A DNA stretch of 64,000 nucleotides from Candidatus Eiseniibacteriota bacterium (GTDB taxonomy: Bacteria > Eisenbacteria > RBG-16-71-46), in the NCBI GenBank assembly GCA_963725865.1, contig CAVSAC010000014.1, positions 448,001 to 512,000 of the forward strand. The letters are read 5' to 3'. The first letter of the stretch is position 1, and each line of letters starts with the position of its first letter. Positions 52,615 to 64,000 of this stretch are shown piece after piece. The translations under genes were made by a program, and so were the position numbers. Below the pieces are notes generated by a model, which saw only the letters and a program-made list of their open reading frames with translations, searched no databases and was not told the origin of the DNA.

Positions 52615-52793
52615 ATAGGGATCTCCCTTTCGCGCTGGCGAGCCTACCGTGGCCCGGACAGTGGCCGAATGGCCGTCTCGCCCCCTGCGGGCGGGTCGGC
52701 GGGCACCACCGCCGCCGCTGGCGGCGCGCGGCGCGGTCCGGTCGCTCATCGCATCGCCTGACTCCGCCGCTCGCCGACCCTCAGGCATCGCGG
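52615..52793 (-). mobile_element. Isolated oriIS-like terminal fragment of an ISCR-like element
   Basis: atagggatctccctttcgcg..gcgagccta..gccgaa..cctcaggc is collinear with 43955-44115. Confidence 0.6.
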
Positions 52794-52875
52794 CAGCAAC
52801 ACCACGCGGCCCCACAACGACCACGGGCGCGAGGCTCGTGCCCCCGCGCCCGCTCCATGCCGCTCCGGCGCCGCC

Positions 52876-53166
52876 TCAACGCGGTTCGGTCGTCAGCCCC
52901 TCCGGCACCTCGCCGACCGCGTCGGCGAGCACCGTGGCCTGGTTGTTCGAGACCTCGAAGAACCCCCCGCTCACCTGCATCGTGAACTCGGCGCCGTCCG
53001 GCCGCCGCAGCATGAGCGCGCCCTGCGCGAGTGCCGTCACCAGCGCGGCGTGGTGCGCCAGCACCCCGAGCGAGCCCTCGGTGCCCGGCACCTGCACGTA
53101 CTCCACCGGGCCCTCGAACACCGAGCGCTCGGGCGTCAGGATCGACAGCTGGAAGCTCGTCCCCAT
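52876..53166 (-). CDS. atpC: ATP synthase epsilon subunit (short, beta-sandwich only)
   Basis: ILTPE, PGTEGSLGVLAHH, VSGGFFEV, VLAD. Confidence 0.92.
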   Translation of the reverse strand: MGTSFQLSILTPERSVFEGPVEYVQVPGTEGSLGVLAHHAALVTALAQGALMLRRPDGAEFTMQVSGGFFEVSNNQATVLADAVGEVPEGLTTEPR

Positions 53167-53170
53167 CGGC

Positions 53171-54641
<1,471 letters not shown>

Positions 54642-55499
54642 CTAGGTCAGCGCGTCCGCGCCAGCCACGATCTCGGACAGCTCCTTGGTGATGGCGGCCT
54701 GGCGCAGGCGGTTCCGTTTCAGGACCAGCATGTCGATCATCTCGCCGGCATTCTTGCGCGCCGAGCCCATCGCCACCATGCGCGCGCCGTGCTCGCTGGC
54801 GAGCGAGTCGGCCATCGCGGCGAACAGCTTGGCGGTCGCGTAGCGCGGGAGCAGCTCGGCGAAGATCGTCTCGGCATCGGGCTCGAAGATCGCGTTCGCG
54901 TCTCCGCCGGCCGCGTGCGCGCCCCCGGTGCCCACCGGCAGGAACGGCTCGGTCACGATGCGCCGCACGAGCGCGTTCACGAACTGGGTGTAGAGCACCT
55001 CGACGCGGTCGACCTCGCCGGACACGTAGCGCTCGATCAGGTCCTGCGTCAGGGTCCGCACGAACTCCAGGCTGACCTCGGCTGGCTGCTCGGTGTAGGT
55101 GGCGAGGATCGGGTATCTGCGGCGCTTGAAGTAGTCGCGCGGCTTGCGGCCCACGAGCACCAGCCGCAGCGTGCCCGGCGCGGCCTCGCGCAGGCGCTGC
55201 TCGGCGGCGCGGATGATGTTCGCGTTGTAGGCGCCGGCGAGTCCGCGGTCCGAGCCCACCACGACCAGCACGGAGGTCTTCACCGCGCGCGCCTGCAACA
55301 GCGGGTGCTCGAGCTCGGCTCCGGCGGCCGCCAGGTTGGCGAGCATCGCGGTGATCTTGGCGGCGTACGGCCGCGCGGCGGCGGCACGCGCCTGCGCACG
55401 GCGCAGTTTCGCGGCGGCCACCATCTCCATGGCCTTCGTGATCTGCTGCGCGCTCCGGGTCGAGCGGATGCGCTTGCGGATGTCCTTCAGCGACGCCAT
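54642..55499 (-). CDS. atpG: ATP synthase gamma subunit
   Basis: ITKAMEMVAAAKL, SDRGLAG, SEHGARMVAM, RQAAITKEL. Confidence 0.95.
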   Translation of the reverse strand: MASLKDIRKRIRSTRSAQQITKAMEMVAAAKLRRAQARAAAARPYAAKITAMLANLAAAGAELEHPLLQARAVKTSVLVVVGSDRGLAGAYNANIIRAAEQRLREAAPGTLRLVLVGRKPRDYFKRRRYPILATYTEQPAEVSLEFVRTLTQDLIERYVSGEVDRVEVLYTQFVNALVRRIVTEPFLPVGTGGAHAAGGDANAIFEPDAETIFAELLPRYATAKLFAAMADSLASEHGARMVAMGSARKNAGEMIDMLVLKRNRLRQAAITKELSEIVAGADALT

Positions 55500-55509
55500 G
55501 CGGCTCCGT

Positions 55510-57018
<1,509 letters not shown>

Positions 57019-57060
57019 GGGTGCGAACCCCGATCGTTGGGTGTGGTCAGACCTGCTCGC

Positions 57061-57606
57061 TCACACGGTCGCTTCGGACAGCCGATGCTCCACGGCCTCG
57101 AGCAGGCTCTTCACGGTGCGGTCGATGACGCGGTCGCCGATGCGGACGTAGACGCCGCCCAGCACCGACGCATCCACCGTCGTCGTCAGCTTGATGGTCT
57201 TCCGGGTCAGGCGCTCGATCTCGGTGTGCAGGCGCTGGAGCTCGTCGGGCAGCAGCGGCACCGCGCTCACGGCCTCCGCGCGCTGGATCCCTTGCCACGC
57301 CTCCAGCAGCAGCTCGTACTCGGCCACCACGCCGCGGAACACGCTCAGGCGCTTCTTGCGCAGCAGCAGGTCGACGAGTTCGCGCACGTACGGCCGCACC
57401 CGCGTGTCGAGGCTCGCGTGCAGCAGCTGGCGCTTGGCCTCGTTGCGCACCAACGGCGACCGGAAGAAGCGCCCGACCCGGGAGTCGGCGTTGATCACCG
57501 CCAGCAGCCCGTTGAGGTCCTCGAGGACCCCCGGGGCGTCCTGCTTGCGCTGCGCCACCATGAACAGCGCGTGCGCGTAGCGGTGCGCGACGGTGTCGTG
57601 GCTCAT
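57061..57606 (-). CDS. atpH: ATP synthase delta subunit
   Basis: VAHRYAHALF, VDASVLGG..VRIGDRVID. Confidence 0.92.
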   Translation of the reverse strand: MSHDTVAHRYAHALFMVAQRKQDAPGVLEDLNGLLAVINADSRVGRFFRSPLVRNEAKRQLLHASLDTRVRPYVRELVDLLLRKKRLSVFRGVVAEYELLLEAWQGIQRAEAVSAVPLLPDELQRLHTEIERLTRKTIKLTTTVDASVLGGVYVRIGDRVIDRTVKSLLEAVEHRLSEATV

Positions 57607-58094
57607 GACAGGTCGCCGACCTCGTCGATGTAGGCGTTCACGAGCCGCCGCTGGTTCGCATCGTCGAGCCGGGCGCGCAGGATCTTCTCGGCGGTGAGGA
57701 TCGACAGGTGCGCGACGCGCTCCTTGAGCAGCACCTTGGCCTTCTCGCGCTCGCGCACGATCTCCTCGTCGGCGCGCTCCAGGCGCGCCATGGCGTCGGA
57801 CTGCGCCTGCTGCTTGATCTCGCCCGCGACCTTCTGGCCCTCGGCGATTGCCTCCTGCATCCGCGCGCGCGCCCGGGCCTCGATGCCACGCAGCTCCTGC
57901 TCGAACTTCGCCTTCAGCTCGTTCGCCTCGCGTCCCGCGCGATCGGCGGCCTCGAACTGATCGGCGATCCGCTTCCGCCGATCCTCGAGCATGGCGACGA
58001 TCGGCCCCCACGCATAGCGTCCCAGGACCCACACCAGCAGGAGGAAGCCCAGGACCTGGGTGAGGACCAACCGGATGTCGATGAGACCGTTCAT
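57603..58094 (-). CDS. atpF: ATP synthase Fo subunit b
   Basis: N-terminal TM, YAWGPI..LEDR, coiled coil, AEKIL; GAGGAG RBS. Confidence 0.92.
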   Translation of the reverse strand: MNGLIDIRLVLTQVLGFLLLVWVLGRYAWGPIVAMLEDRRKRIADQFEAADRAGREANELKAKFEQELRGIEARARARMQEAIAEGQKVAGEIKQQAQSDAMARLERADEEIVREREKAKVLLKERVAHLSILTAEKILRARLDDANQRRLVNAYIDEVGDLS

Positions 58095-58164
58095 GAGACT
58101 CCTCAAGGCCCGGCGGACGTGGACCGGAGGTCCCCGCCGCGCGGCGTCCCGTGGGGGACTTCGA

Positions 58165-58398
58165 CTATCCGATCTTGCTCATGAGGACGAGCGCGATCAC
58201 GAACGCGTAGATCGTCAGCGCTTCGGCGAACGCGCCGATGATGATCATCGCGGTCTGCAGCTTGGCGATCGCCTCGGGCTGGCGGCCCATCGCCTGCAGC
58301 GCGCCGTTGCCGATCATGCCGAGTCCGATGCCTGAGCCGACGGCGGCGAGGCCGATGCCGAGCGGGAGCGCGAGCGAGAGTGCGGACTGGAAATTCAT
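58165..58398 (-). CDS. atpE: ATP synthase Fo subunit c
   Basis: GSGIGLG, RQPE loop, FAEALTIY; AGGAGGAG RBS. Confidence 0.95.
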   Translation of the reverse strand: MNFQSALSLALPLGIGLAAVGSGIGLGMIGNGALQAMGRQPEAIAKLQTAMIIIGAFAEALTIYAFVIALVLMSKIG

Positions 58399-58418
58399 GG
58401 GTCTCCTCCTGGGGGTTC

Positions 58419-59786
58419 TCAGTGGGCGTGATGCGCTTCGACCTCGTGCCCATGATCGTGCGGCAGCATGAGGAGGAAGTAGATCGTGCTGAGCAGGCTG
58501 AACACCAGGGCCTGTACGACACTCGTCAGCAGGGCGAGGAACAGGAACGGGAACTGGAGCGGCAGGCCGAACGGCAACGCGTGCAGCCCCATCGCGGCGA
58601 GCGTGGTGATGCCGAGGCCGGCGAAGCCCACCAGCAGCATGTCCTCGCCGAAGATGTTGCCGAACAGACGGCAGGAGAGCGACACCGGCTTCGCCAGCTC
58701 CCCGATCACGTGGATCGGGAACATCAGGATCACCAGCCCCCACTCCATGCCGGAGTGCGGGCTGCCGGCCAGATGGTGGAGCCAGCCGCCGAGCCCCAGC
58801 TCGCGGATCGCGGTGTAGTGCACGTAGACCACGACGGTGATGGCGAGCGCGAACGTGACGTTCAGGCTGGAGGTCGGCGATTCCATCATCGGGATGATGC
58901 CGAACAGGTTCATCGCGAGGATGTAGATGAACAGGCTGCCGAGGAACGGCACGTAGCGCGGCCCGTAGACCGGACCGAGCACGTCCACCACCTGGTTGTA
59001 GACCGTCTCGACCGTCGCCTCGACCGCGTTCTGGAGCGGGCGCGGGATCGGCGTGGCGCCGCGCATCGCGACCACCGCGACCACCGCGAGCAGCACCGCG
59101 ACCAGCAGCGAGAACAGGATCACCTCGTAGCGGTGCACCACGTGCGCCCATGGCCGGCCCTCGTTCGCGTGCACCAGCAGCGAGAGCACGGTGTCGAACT
59201 TCTTCGGCCCGCTCTCCGCGGCGTGCTGGGTGGCGGCGTGCTCCGAGGCGGCGCTCTCGCCTTGGGGCGCGCCCGCCGCGGCCTCCGTGGTGGCCGCGCC
59301 GTGCCCGCCCGGCGTCTCGGCATCGGCGCGGGTCAGCGCGCTGATGCCCAGCCCCAGCAGCGCGGCGACCGCGACCACCGTGATCGCGGCACGCCAGCGG
59401 CTCCGCGTGAAGCGCGCCCAGGCCGCCGACTCGAGCAGCACGCGCGAGACCGCCTTGAGCGTCAGGACCGCGAACGGAATCGCGAATCCGCTCATCAGGG
59501 CCGCCACCGGCAGCCGCGTCAGCAGCGCGGCGCCGGCCGCGAACAGCGCGAGGTTGCCGAGCCCGGCGAGGCCGGCCTGCCGCAGCGCGTCCCACCCGCG
59601 GGGCCCCGGTCGCACGACGGCGACCACGATGCGCTCGAGCAGCCACAGGTTCGCGATCGAGAACGCGGCGCCGGCGGCCAACCCGAGGCCCGCGGCGTAC
59701 GACACGTACGCCCCGACGAAGAGGGCGGCGAGCAGCGCGAACCACAGCGAGGACTGGCGGACGCGGACGAGGAATTCGAAGCCCAT
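58419..59786 (-). CDS. atpB: ATP synthase Fo subunit a with fused N-terminal AtpI-like domain
   Basis: PRPLQN, NLFGIIP, PTS, LSCRLFGN, VQALVF; about 190 extra N-terminal residues with 4-5 TMs. Confidence 0.88.
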   Translation of the reverse strand: MGFEFLVRVRQSSLWFALLAALFVGAYVSYAAGLGLAAGAAFSIANLWLLERIVVAVVRPGPRGWDALRQAGLAGLGNLALFAAGAALLTRLPVAALMSGFAIPFAVLTLKAVSRVLLESAAWARFTRSRWRAAITVVAVAALLGLGISALTRADAETPGGHGAATTEAAAGAPQGESAASEHAATQHAAESGPKKFDTVLSLLVHANEGRPWAHVVHRYEVILFSLLVAVLLAVVAVVAMRGATPIPRPLQNAVEATVETVYNQVVDVLGPVYGPRYVPFLGSLFIYILAMNLFGIIPMMESPTSSLNVTFALAITVVVYVHYTAIRELGLGGWLHHLAGSPHSGMEWGLVILMFPIHVIGELAKPVSLSCRLFGNIFGEDMLLVGFAGLGITTLAAMGLHALPFGLPLQFPFLFLALLTSVVQALVFSLLSTIYFLLMLPHDHGHEVEAHHAH

Positions 59787-59809
59787 GGTCGGCAGCGGCG
59801 CGTGCGGAT

Positions 59810-60073
59810 TCAGCGCCGTGGTTTGCGCTCCTTTGGTTCGTCTTCGGACTGGACGCGACGGATGATGAGATAGGTCTCGCGGCCGGCGGCGACGAATCCC
59901 AGCACCACACCCACGACGGTGAGCCAGGGCTCGGTGTGGAATCGCCGATCCCCCCACTTGCCCAGGAAGACGCCCACCAGAGGACCGGCGACGAGCAAGG
60001 AAGGAATGGCGAGCAGCAGGCCGGCGGACCGAAGGCCTGAGTCCTCAGTCTTCGGCTTCCGTGGATCGACCAC
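59810..60073 (-). CDS. AtpZ/AtpI-family (ATPase gene 1) protein
   Basis: Two TMs around G.FLGKWGDRRFHTEPW; first gene of the atp operon. Confidence 0.85.
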   Translation of the reverse strand: MVDPRKPKTEDSGLRSAGLLLAIPSLLVAGPLVGVFLGKWGDRRFHTEPWLTVVGVVLGFVAAGRETYLIIRRVQSEDEPKERKPRR

Positions 60074-60272
60074 GCTGCGCGCTCCGGTGAAACTTTTCAC
60101 AAGCCCCGCGTGGTGGCCGAGCTGCGGCCAACGACGGCGTAGGCGCGCGGGAATCTACGGAAACGACTGCACCGGGTCAAACGGAAACTGCTCGTAGCGC
60201 GTCAGTTGGTATGGCGGCAGCGAACCGCGGCGAGTTTGGCGGGGATCCACCCGCGCCCTATCCTGCCGGCCC

Positions 60273-60785
60273 ATGCCGATCCTCCGCCGCACCCACATCG
60301 AGGTCTACGTGCTCCGCCGTCGCGCACGGCAGGCGGAGTTCCTGTGCCTGCGACGTTCCCCGGGCAAGTGGCTGCCGGGGGCGTGGCAGCCGGTGACCGG
60401 CCGCATCGAGCGCGGCGAGTCCGCGCTGGCGGCCGCGGTCCGCGAGGTGCGCGAGGAGACCGGGCTGAGCCCGCGCCGCTGGTGGGCGCTGGAGACCGTC
60501 ACCGTCTACTTCGACCCCGCCGCCGACGTGGTGCATGCGTTGCCGCTGTTCGTCGCCGAGGTCGGCGCGCGCGATCGCGTGCGCCTGTCCGCCGAGCACA
60601 CCGCGCTCGCGTGGCTGCCGGCCGCGCTCGCCGGCCGGCGCTTCGTGTGGCAGGCCCAGCGCGCCGGACTCGCCGCCGTGCGGCGCGAGGTCCTGCGCGG
60701 AGGCCCGCTCGCTCGCGCGCTCGAATGCACGTCGCTCGTCTCGGCCCTCGCGGCGCGCCCGCGGCGCGCCGGCCCGGGGTCGTGA
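60273..60785 (+). CDS. NUDIX hydrolase
   Basis: WQPVTGRIERGES..AAVREVREETGL, LSAEH. Confidence 0.9.
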   Translation: MPILRRTHIEVYVLRRRARQAEFLCLRRSPGKWLPGAWQPVTGRIERGESALAAAVREVREETGLSPRRWWALETVTVYFDPAADVVHALPLFVAEVGARDRVRLSAEHTALAWLPAALAGRRFVWQAQRAGLAAVRREVLRGGPLARALECTSLVSALAARPRRAGPGS

Positions 60786-60800
60786 GGAAGGAGGAGTCCG

Positions 60801-61307
60801 TTGGCCAGCACCAGTTCGTTCGATGTCACCACCGGGGTGGACTACATGGAGGTCACCAACGCCGTCGACCAGGCGACCAAGGAGATCACGCAGCGCTTCG
60901 ACTTCAAGGGCGTGAAGGCCACCTTCGAGCTGAACCAGAAGGACAAGAAGATCCTGCTCGCCGCGCCCGACGAGTTCCGGCTCAAGGCGATGTGGGATTC
61001 GCTGCAGGGCAAGCTGGTGCGGCGCGGCGTGGCGCTCAAGAACCTCGCGCCGGGCAAGGTGGAGCCCGCCGCCAGCTCGACGGTGCGCCAGGAGATCGCG
61101 ATCCAGGACGGACTCACCGCCGACATGGCGCGCGCGATCGCCAAGACCATCAAGGACGCCAAGCTCAAGAAGGTGCAGGCCGCGATCCAGGGCGACACCG
61201 TGCGGGTCTCCTCGCCGGACAAGGATGCGCTGCAGGGCGTGATCGCGCTGCTCAAGCAGGAGGACTACGGCGTCGAGCTGAAGTTCGGTAACTTCCGCAG
61301 CAACTGA
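60801..61307 (+). CDS. yajQ: YajQ family nucleotide/c-di-GMP-binding protein
   Basis: SFDV, NAVDQ..KEI..RFDFK, VQAAIQGD.VRVS, FGNFR; TTG start with AGGAGGAG. Confidence 0.93.
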   Translation: MASTSSFDVTTGVDYMEVTNAVDQATKEITQRFDFKGVKATFELNQKDKKILLAAPDEFRLKAMWDSLQGKLVRRGVALKNLAPGKVEPAASSTVRQEIAIQDGLTADMARAIAKTIKDAKLKKVQAAIQGDTVRVSSPDKDALQGVIALLKQEDYGVELKFGNFRSN

Positions 61308-61433
61308 CGCCCGTATCCGGCGACCCGCCACGCTCCGGCGCCGGAGGCGGTCGCGATGGGCATTGCCTCGGCACGGGCGCTGTCGGACACTGCCGCGCGT
61401 CCGCGGTCCCGCCGTCCCTTCCCGGAGGGCTTC

Positions 61434-63773
61434 ATGCCGAAGCGAGCGATCCGACCCGTGCGCACCACGCGCGCCGCAACCCCGAGGAAGGCACCCGCGC
61501 GCCACGCCCGCCCCGCGACGAAGCGCGCGGGCGGCTATCCCGTCACGCTGCGCACCGCCGATCGCACGCTGCGCTTCACGGCGCCGCCGGCGCTCGCGCG
61601 CGAGGCGATGCAGTGGACCTACCGCCTGCGCAACCGACTCCGTTGGAAGGACAGCACCGAGTCGCGGCGGCGCCTCGCGCAGCAGAGCGTCGATTCGCTG
61701 GTCTCGCTCGGGATCTCGGAGGCGGACCTCACGGTGCTGGCGCAGGCCTCGCTGATCGAGGTCACGGTGCCGTGGCTCCCGAAGGGTGATCCGTGGGAGG
61801 CGCGCGTCTTCCCGTGGGAGTTCATGCTCGCGAGCGCCACGCGCCGCAAGGGCCGCTCCGGCCCGCTCCTGGTCGTGCGCCGTCTCGAGCGGCGCGGCGC
61901 GCCCGCCGCGCCGCCTCCGCTCGGCAGGCGCGCGCCGGTGGTGCTGTTCGTCGAGAGCGCGCCGGGGGCGCTGCGCGACCTGTACGACTTCGATTCCGAG
62001 CGCGAGCTGGTGCGCAGCGCGCTCGCGCCGTGCGCGTTCCAGGTCTGCGTGGATCCCTCGCCGGAACAGTTGGCCGCTGCCGCGGCAAAGCACCAGCCGG
62101 ACCTCGTGCACCTCGCCGGCTTCGACACCCATCAGGGCCGCGAGCTGCTGCTCGAACAAGATCCCGCCGGGCTCCCGGATGCGGCGAACGATGCGGAGGC
62201 CGCGAAGGCGTTCGAGCGCGACGGCTATCTGCTCGGACGCGGCCGCCAGGCGGTGGCGCTGCCCGCCGAGGCGCTCGCCGAGGCGCTCAACTCGGGCCGG
62301 CGGCCGCTGCGGATGGTGGGCTGCAATCTCTACAGCTCGGCGGCCCGCATCGCGTCGATGCTGATCGCCCGCGGCGCGGGCACGGCGCTCGGCTTCCAGG
62401 ACCTGCAGGACGACGCGCTCATGGAGCTGTTCTTTGGGCGCTTCTACCGCGCATGGCGCAGCGGGGCCGGCGACGCGCTCGCCGGCTTCCACGCCGGCTG
62501 GGACGCGCTGCGCGCCCAGCCCCGCGACCTGCAGGGCACCAGCGTGACGCTGTGGAGCGCCGCCTCGGTGGTCGCGAGGGCGCGCACCGCGCAGTCCGTG
62601 GTGCGGCGCCTGGCGGGCGAGGAACAGCGGGTGCTCGCGCCGCCGCGCACCGGAGCGCTCGACTGGGTGCAGGTCGAGGTGGAGCCGCGCGAGGTCATCA
62701 ACTACGCGCTGCTCCACAACCATCGCAGCCTGTTCGATCGCTTCCTGCTCCACTGGACGCGGCCCGGGCGCCTCACCGACGTCTCGGTCGAGGTCGAGCT
62801 GATGGTGGGCGCCGAGCGGCTGAGCTACCGCAGCACCATCGCTCCCGAGCGCAGCCCGCACGATCTGTCGCGCGACGTGCGCGTGCCGCTCGCCTGGTCG
62901 CTGGCGCGCACGCTGCACGAGTCGGTGCGCACCACGCTCTACGTGGACGTGCGCTGGCAGGGCCGCGTGCTGCGCCGCGACACGCTCGACGTCACGCTGC
63001 TGCCGGTGAGCGAGTGGCACGACACGCCCGAGGACGATCCGTGGCTGCCTTCGTTCGTGCTGCCGCGCGATCCGGCGGTGCTGCGCATCGTCGATCACGC
63101 GCAGCGCTACCTGGTGGCGCTCGACGACGACCCGACGGCGGGGTTCGACGGCTACCAGAGCTACGACCGCGCCGACCACGGCGCCGCGGTGGATCGACGC
63201 GTGCAGGCGCTGTGGTACGCGCTCACGCAGGACCTGATGCTCGGCTACATCGACCCGCCGCCCACCTACAGTGCCGAGTCCCAGCGGCTGCGCACGCCCT
63301 CCGAGGTCCTGAACGGCAGGCGCGGCACGTGCATCGACCTCGCGCTGCTGTTCGCGTCGTGCCTCGAGTTCGTCGACATCTACCCGGTGATCTTCCTGCG
63401 CGACGATCACGCCTTCCCGGGCTACTGGCGCGATCCGGAGGCCCACGACGAGCGATTCGCGCGCATGTACGAGTCCGACGACGGGGGCACCGCCCAGGGC
63501 GACGACGCCCGCGGCCAGTCCGAGGCGTGGACGCTCGGGCCCGACAACTACGACGAGGTGCATCGCCTCGTGCACTCGGGACGCATCGTCCCGCTCGAGA
63601 CCGTCGACCTCACCTCGCGCACCAGCTTCGAGCAGGCGTGCAAGGACGGCCGCGCGGACGTCAACCAGCGCGAGGGGTTCGCGTCGATGCTCGACATCGC
63701 GCTCGCGCGCGCCCACAACGTGACACCGCTGCCGTTCCCGGAGGGCCCGACGCTTGAGCGCCGCCCGGGATGA
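61434..63773 (+). CDS. Degenerate CHAT-like domain + beta-sandwich + transglutaminase-like (Cys-His) domain protein
   Basis: FPWEF, DLVHLAGFD, MVGCNLYSS; C-terminal YIDPPP...QRLRTP..VL..RRGTCIDLALLFASCLE...HAFPGYW...PLETV. Confidence 0.65.
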   Translation: MPKRAIRPVRTTRAATPRKAPARHARPATKRAGGYPVTLRTADRTLRFTAPPALAREAMQWTYRLRNRLRWKDSTESRRRLAQQSVDSLVSLGISEADLTVLAQASLIEVTVPWLPKGDPWEARVFPWEFMLASATRRKGRSGPLLVVRRLERRGAPAAPPPLGRRAPVVLFVESAPGALRDLYDFDSERELVRSALAPCAFQVCVDPSPEQLAAAAAKHQPDLVHLAGFDTHQGRELLLEQDPAGLPDAANDAEAAKAFERDGYLLGRGRQAVALPAEALAEALNSGRRPLRMVGCNLYSSAARIASMLIARGAGTALGFQDLQDDALMELFFGRFYRAWRSGAGDALAGFHAGWDALRAQPRDLQGTSVTLWSAASVVARARTAQSVVRRLAGEEQRVLAPPRTGALDWVQVEVEPREVINYALLHNHRSLFDRFLLHWTRPGRLTDVSVEVELMVGAERLSYRSTIAPERSPHDLSRDVRVPLAWSLARTLHESVRTTLYVDVRWQGRVLRRDTLDVTLLPVSEWHDTPEDDPWLPSFVLPRDPAVLRIVDHAQRYLVALDDDPTAGFDGYQSYDRADHGAAVDRRVQALWYALTQDLMLGYIDPPPTYSAESQRLRTPSEVLNGRRGTCIDLALLFASCLEFVDIYPVIFLRDDHAFPGYWRDPEAHDERFARMYESDDGGTAQGDDARGQSEAWTLGPDNYDEVHRLVHSGRIVPLETVDLTSRTSFEQACKDGRADVNQREGFASMLDIALARAHNVTPLPFPEGPTLERRPG

Positions 63774-64000
63774 GCGGATCGAGCGCCTGCGCGAGGTCGC
63801 GCGGTCGTCGACGCACGGACTGGGACGGAGCGGGAGCGCGCGGCGCGCCGGGGCCGGCGCGGGGCCGCGGCGCGCGCGCCGCGGGCCCGCCGAGCCGCCC
63901 CTGCTGCGGCTCACGTTGGTGGACGAGGACGGCGTGCTCGCGTGGGTCGAGGACGGGCCGCCGCAGCCGCGCGTGACGCGGCGGCGCATGCGCCGCGGCC
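63754..64000 (+). CDS. Hypothetical protein, 3' truncated (not in the ORF track)
   Basis: GGAGGG RBS, TTG start overlapping the upstream gene; open frame LSAARDERIERLREV...LTLVDEDGVLAWV to window end. Confidence 0.55.
   Translation, partial: MSAARDERIERLREVARSSTHGLGRSGSARRAGAGAGPRRARRGPAEPPLLRLTLVDEDGVLAWVEDGPPQPRVTRRRMRRG

Noticed and set aside
58165..58398. Na+-coupled ATP synthase
   Set aside because: Subunit c has EAL rather than ES(T) and lacks the helix-1 Gln/Glu, consistent with H+ coupling.
63770..63976. 68-aa ORF from the track
   Set aside because: A better frame starts at TTG 63754 with an RBS and stays open to the window end.

Overview
Very GC-rich bacterial chromosomal DNA. Secreted proteins ending in FlgD/T9SS-like Ig domains and a C-terminal TWGRLKxxYR motif suggest an Eisenbacteria/Krumholzibacteriota/Latescibacterota-type organism (inference). 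Left to right: the 3' end of a group 3b-type [NiFe] hydrogenase with its maturation protease; an MFS transporter, cyclophilin and lhgO; gdh followed by two PEP-synthase-like ATP-grasp proteins (one with a C-terminal nucleotidyltransferase) and a convergent metallophosphoesterase; DUF47-PiT; an IS1202/ISNCY-like DDE element; assorted housekeeping and secreted proteins; an ECF sigma / membrane Ser-Thr kinase / exported TPR-CHAT operon; LemA-HtpX. A rearranged island at about 43.8-52.8 kb follows, with ISCR/IS91-like transposase remnants, two oriIS-like ends, orphan gene fragments and two lower-GC passenger genes, each bracketed by duplicated host sequence (including a ~1 kb atpD'-atpC copy). The window ends with a full F1Fo operon (apparent AtpI-subunit a fusion), NUDIX, YajQ and a degenerate-CHAT/transglutaminase-like gene. 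Several single-base frameshifts, including one in atpD, look like sequencing or assembly errors. I saw no rRNA, tRNA or CRISPR array. All assignments are by-eye motif recognition; no searches were run.
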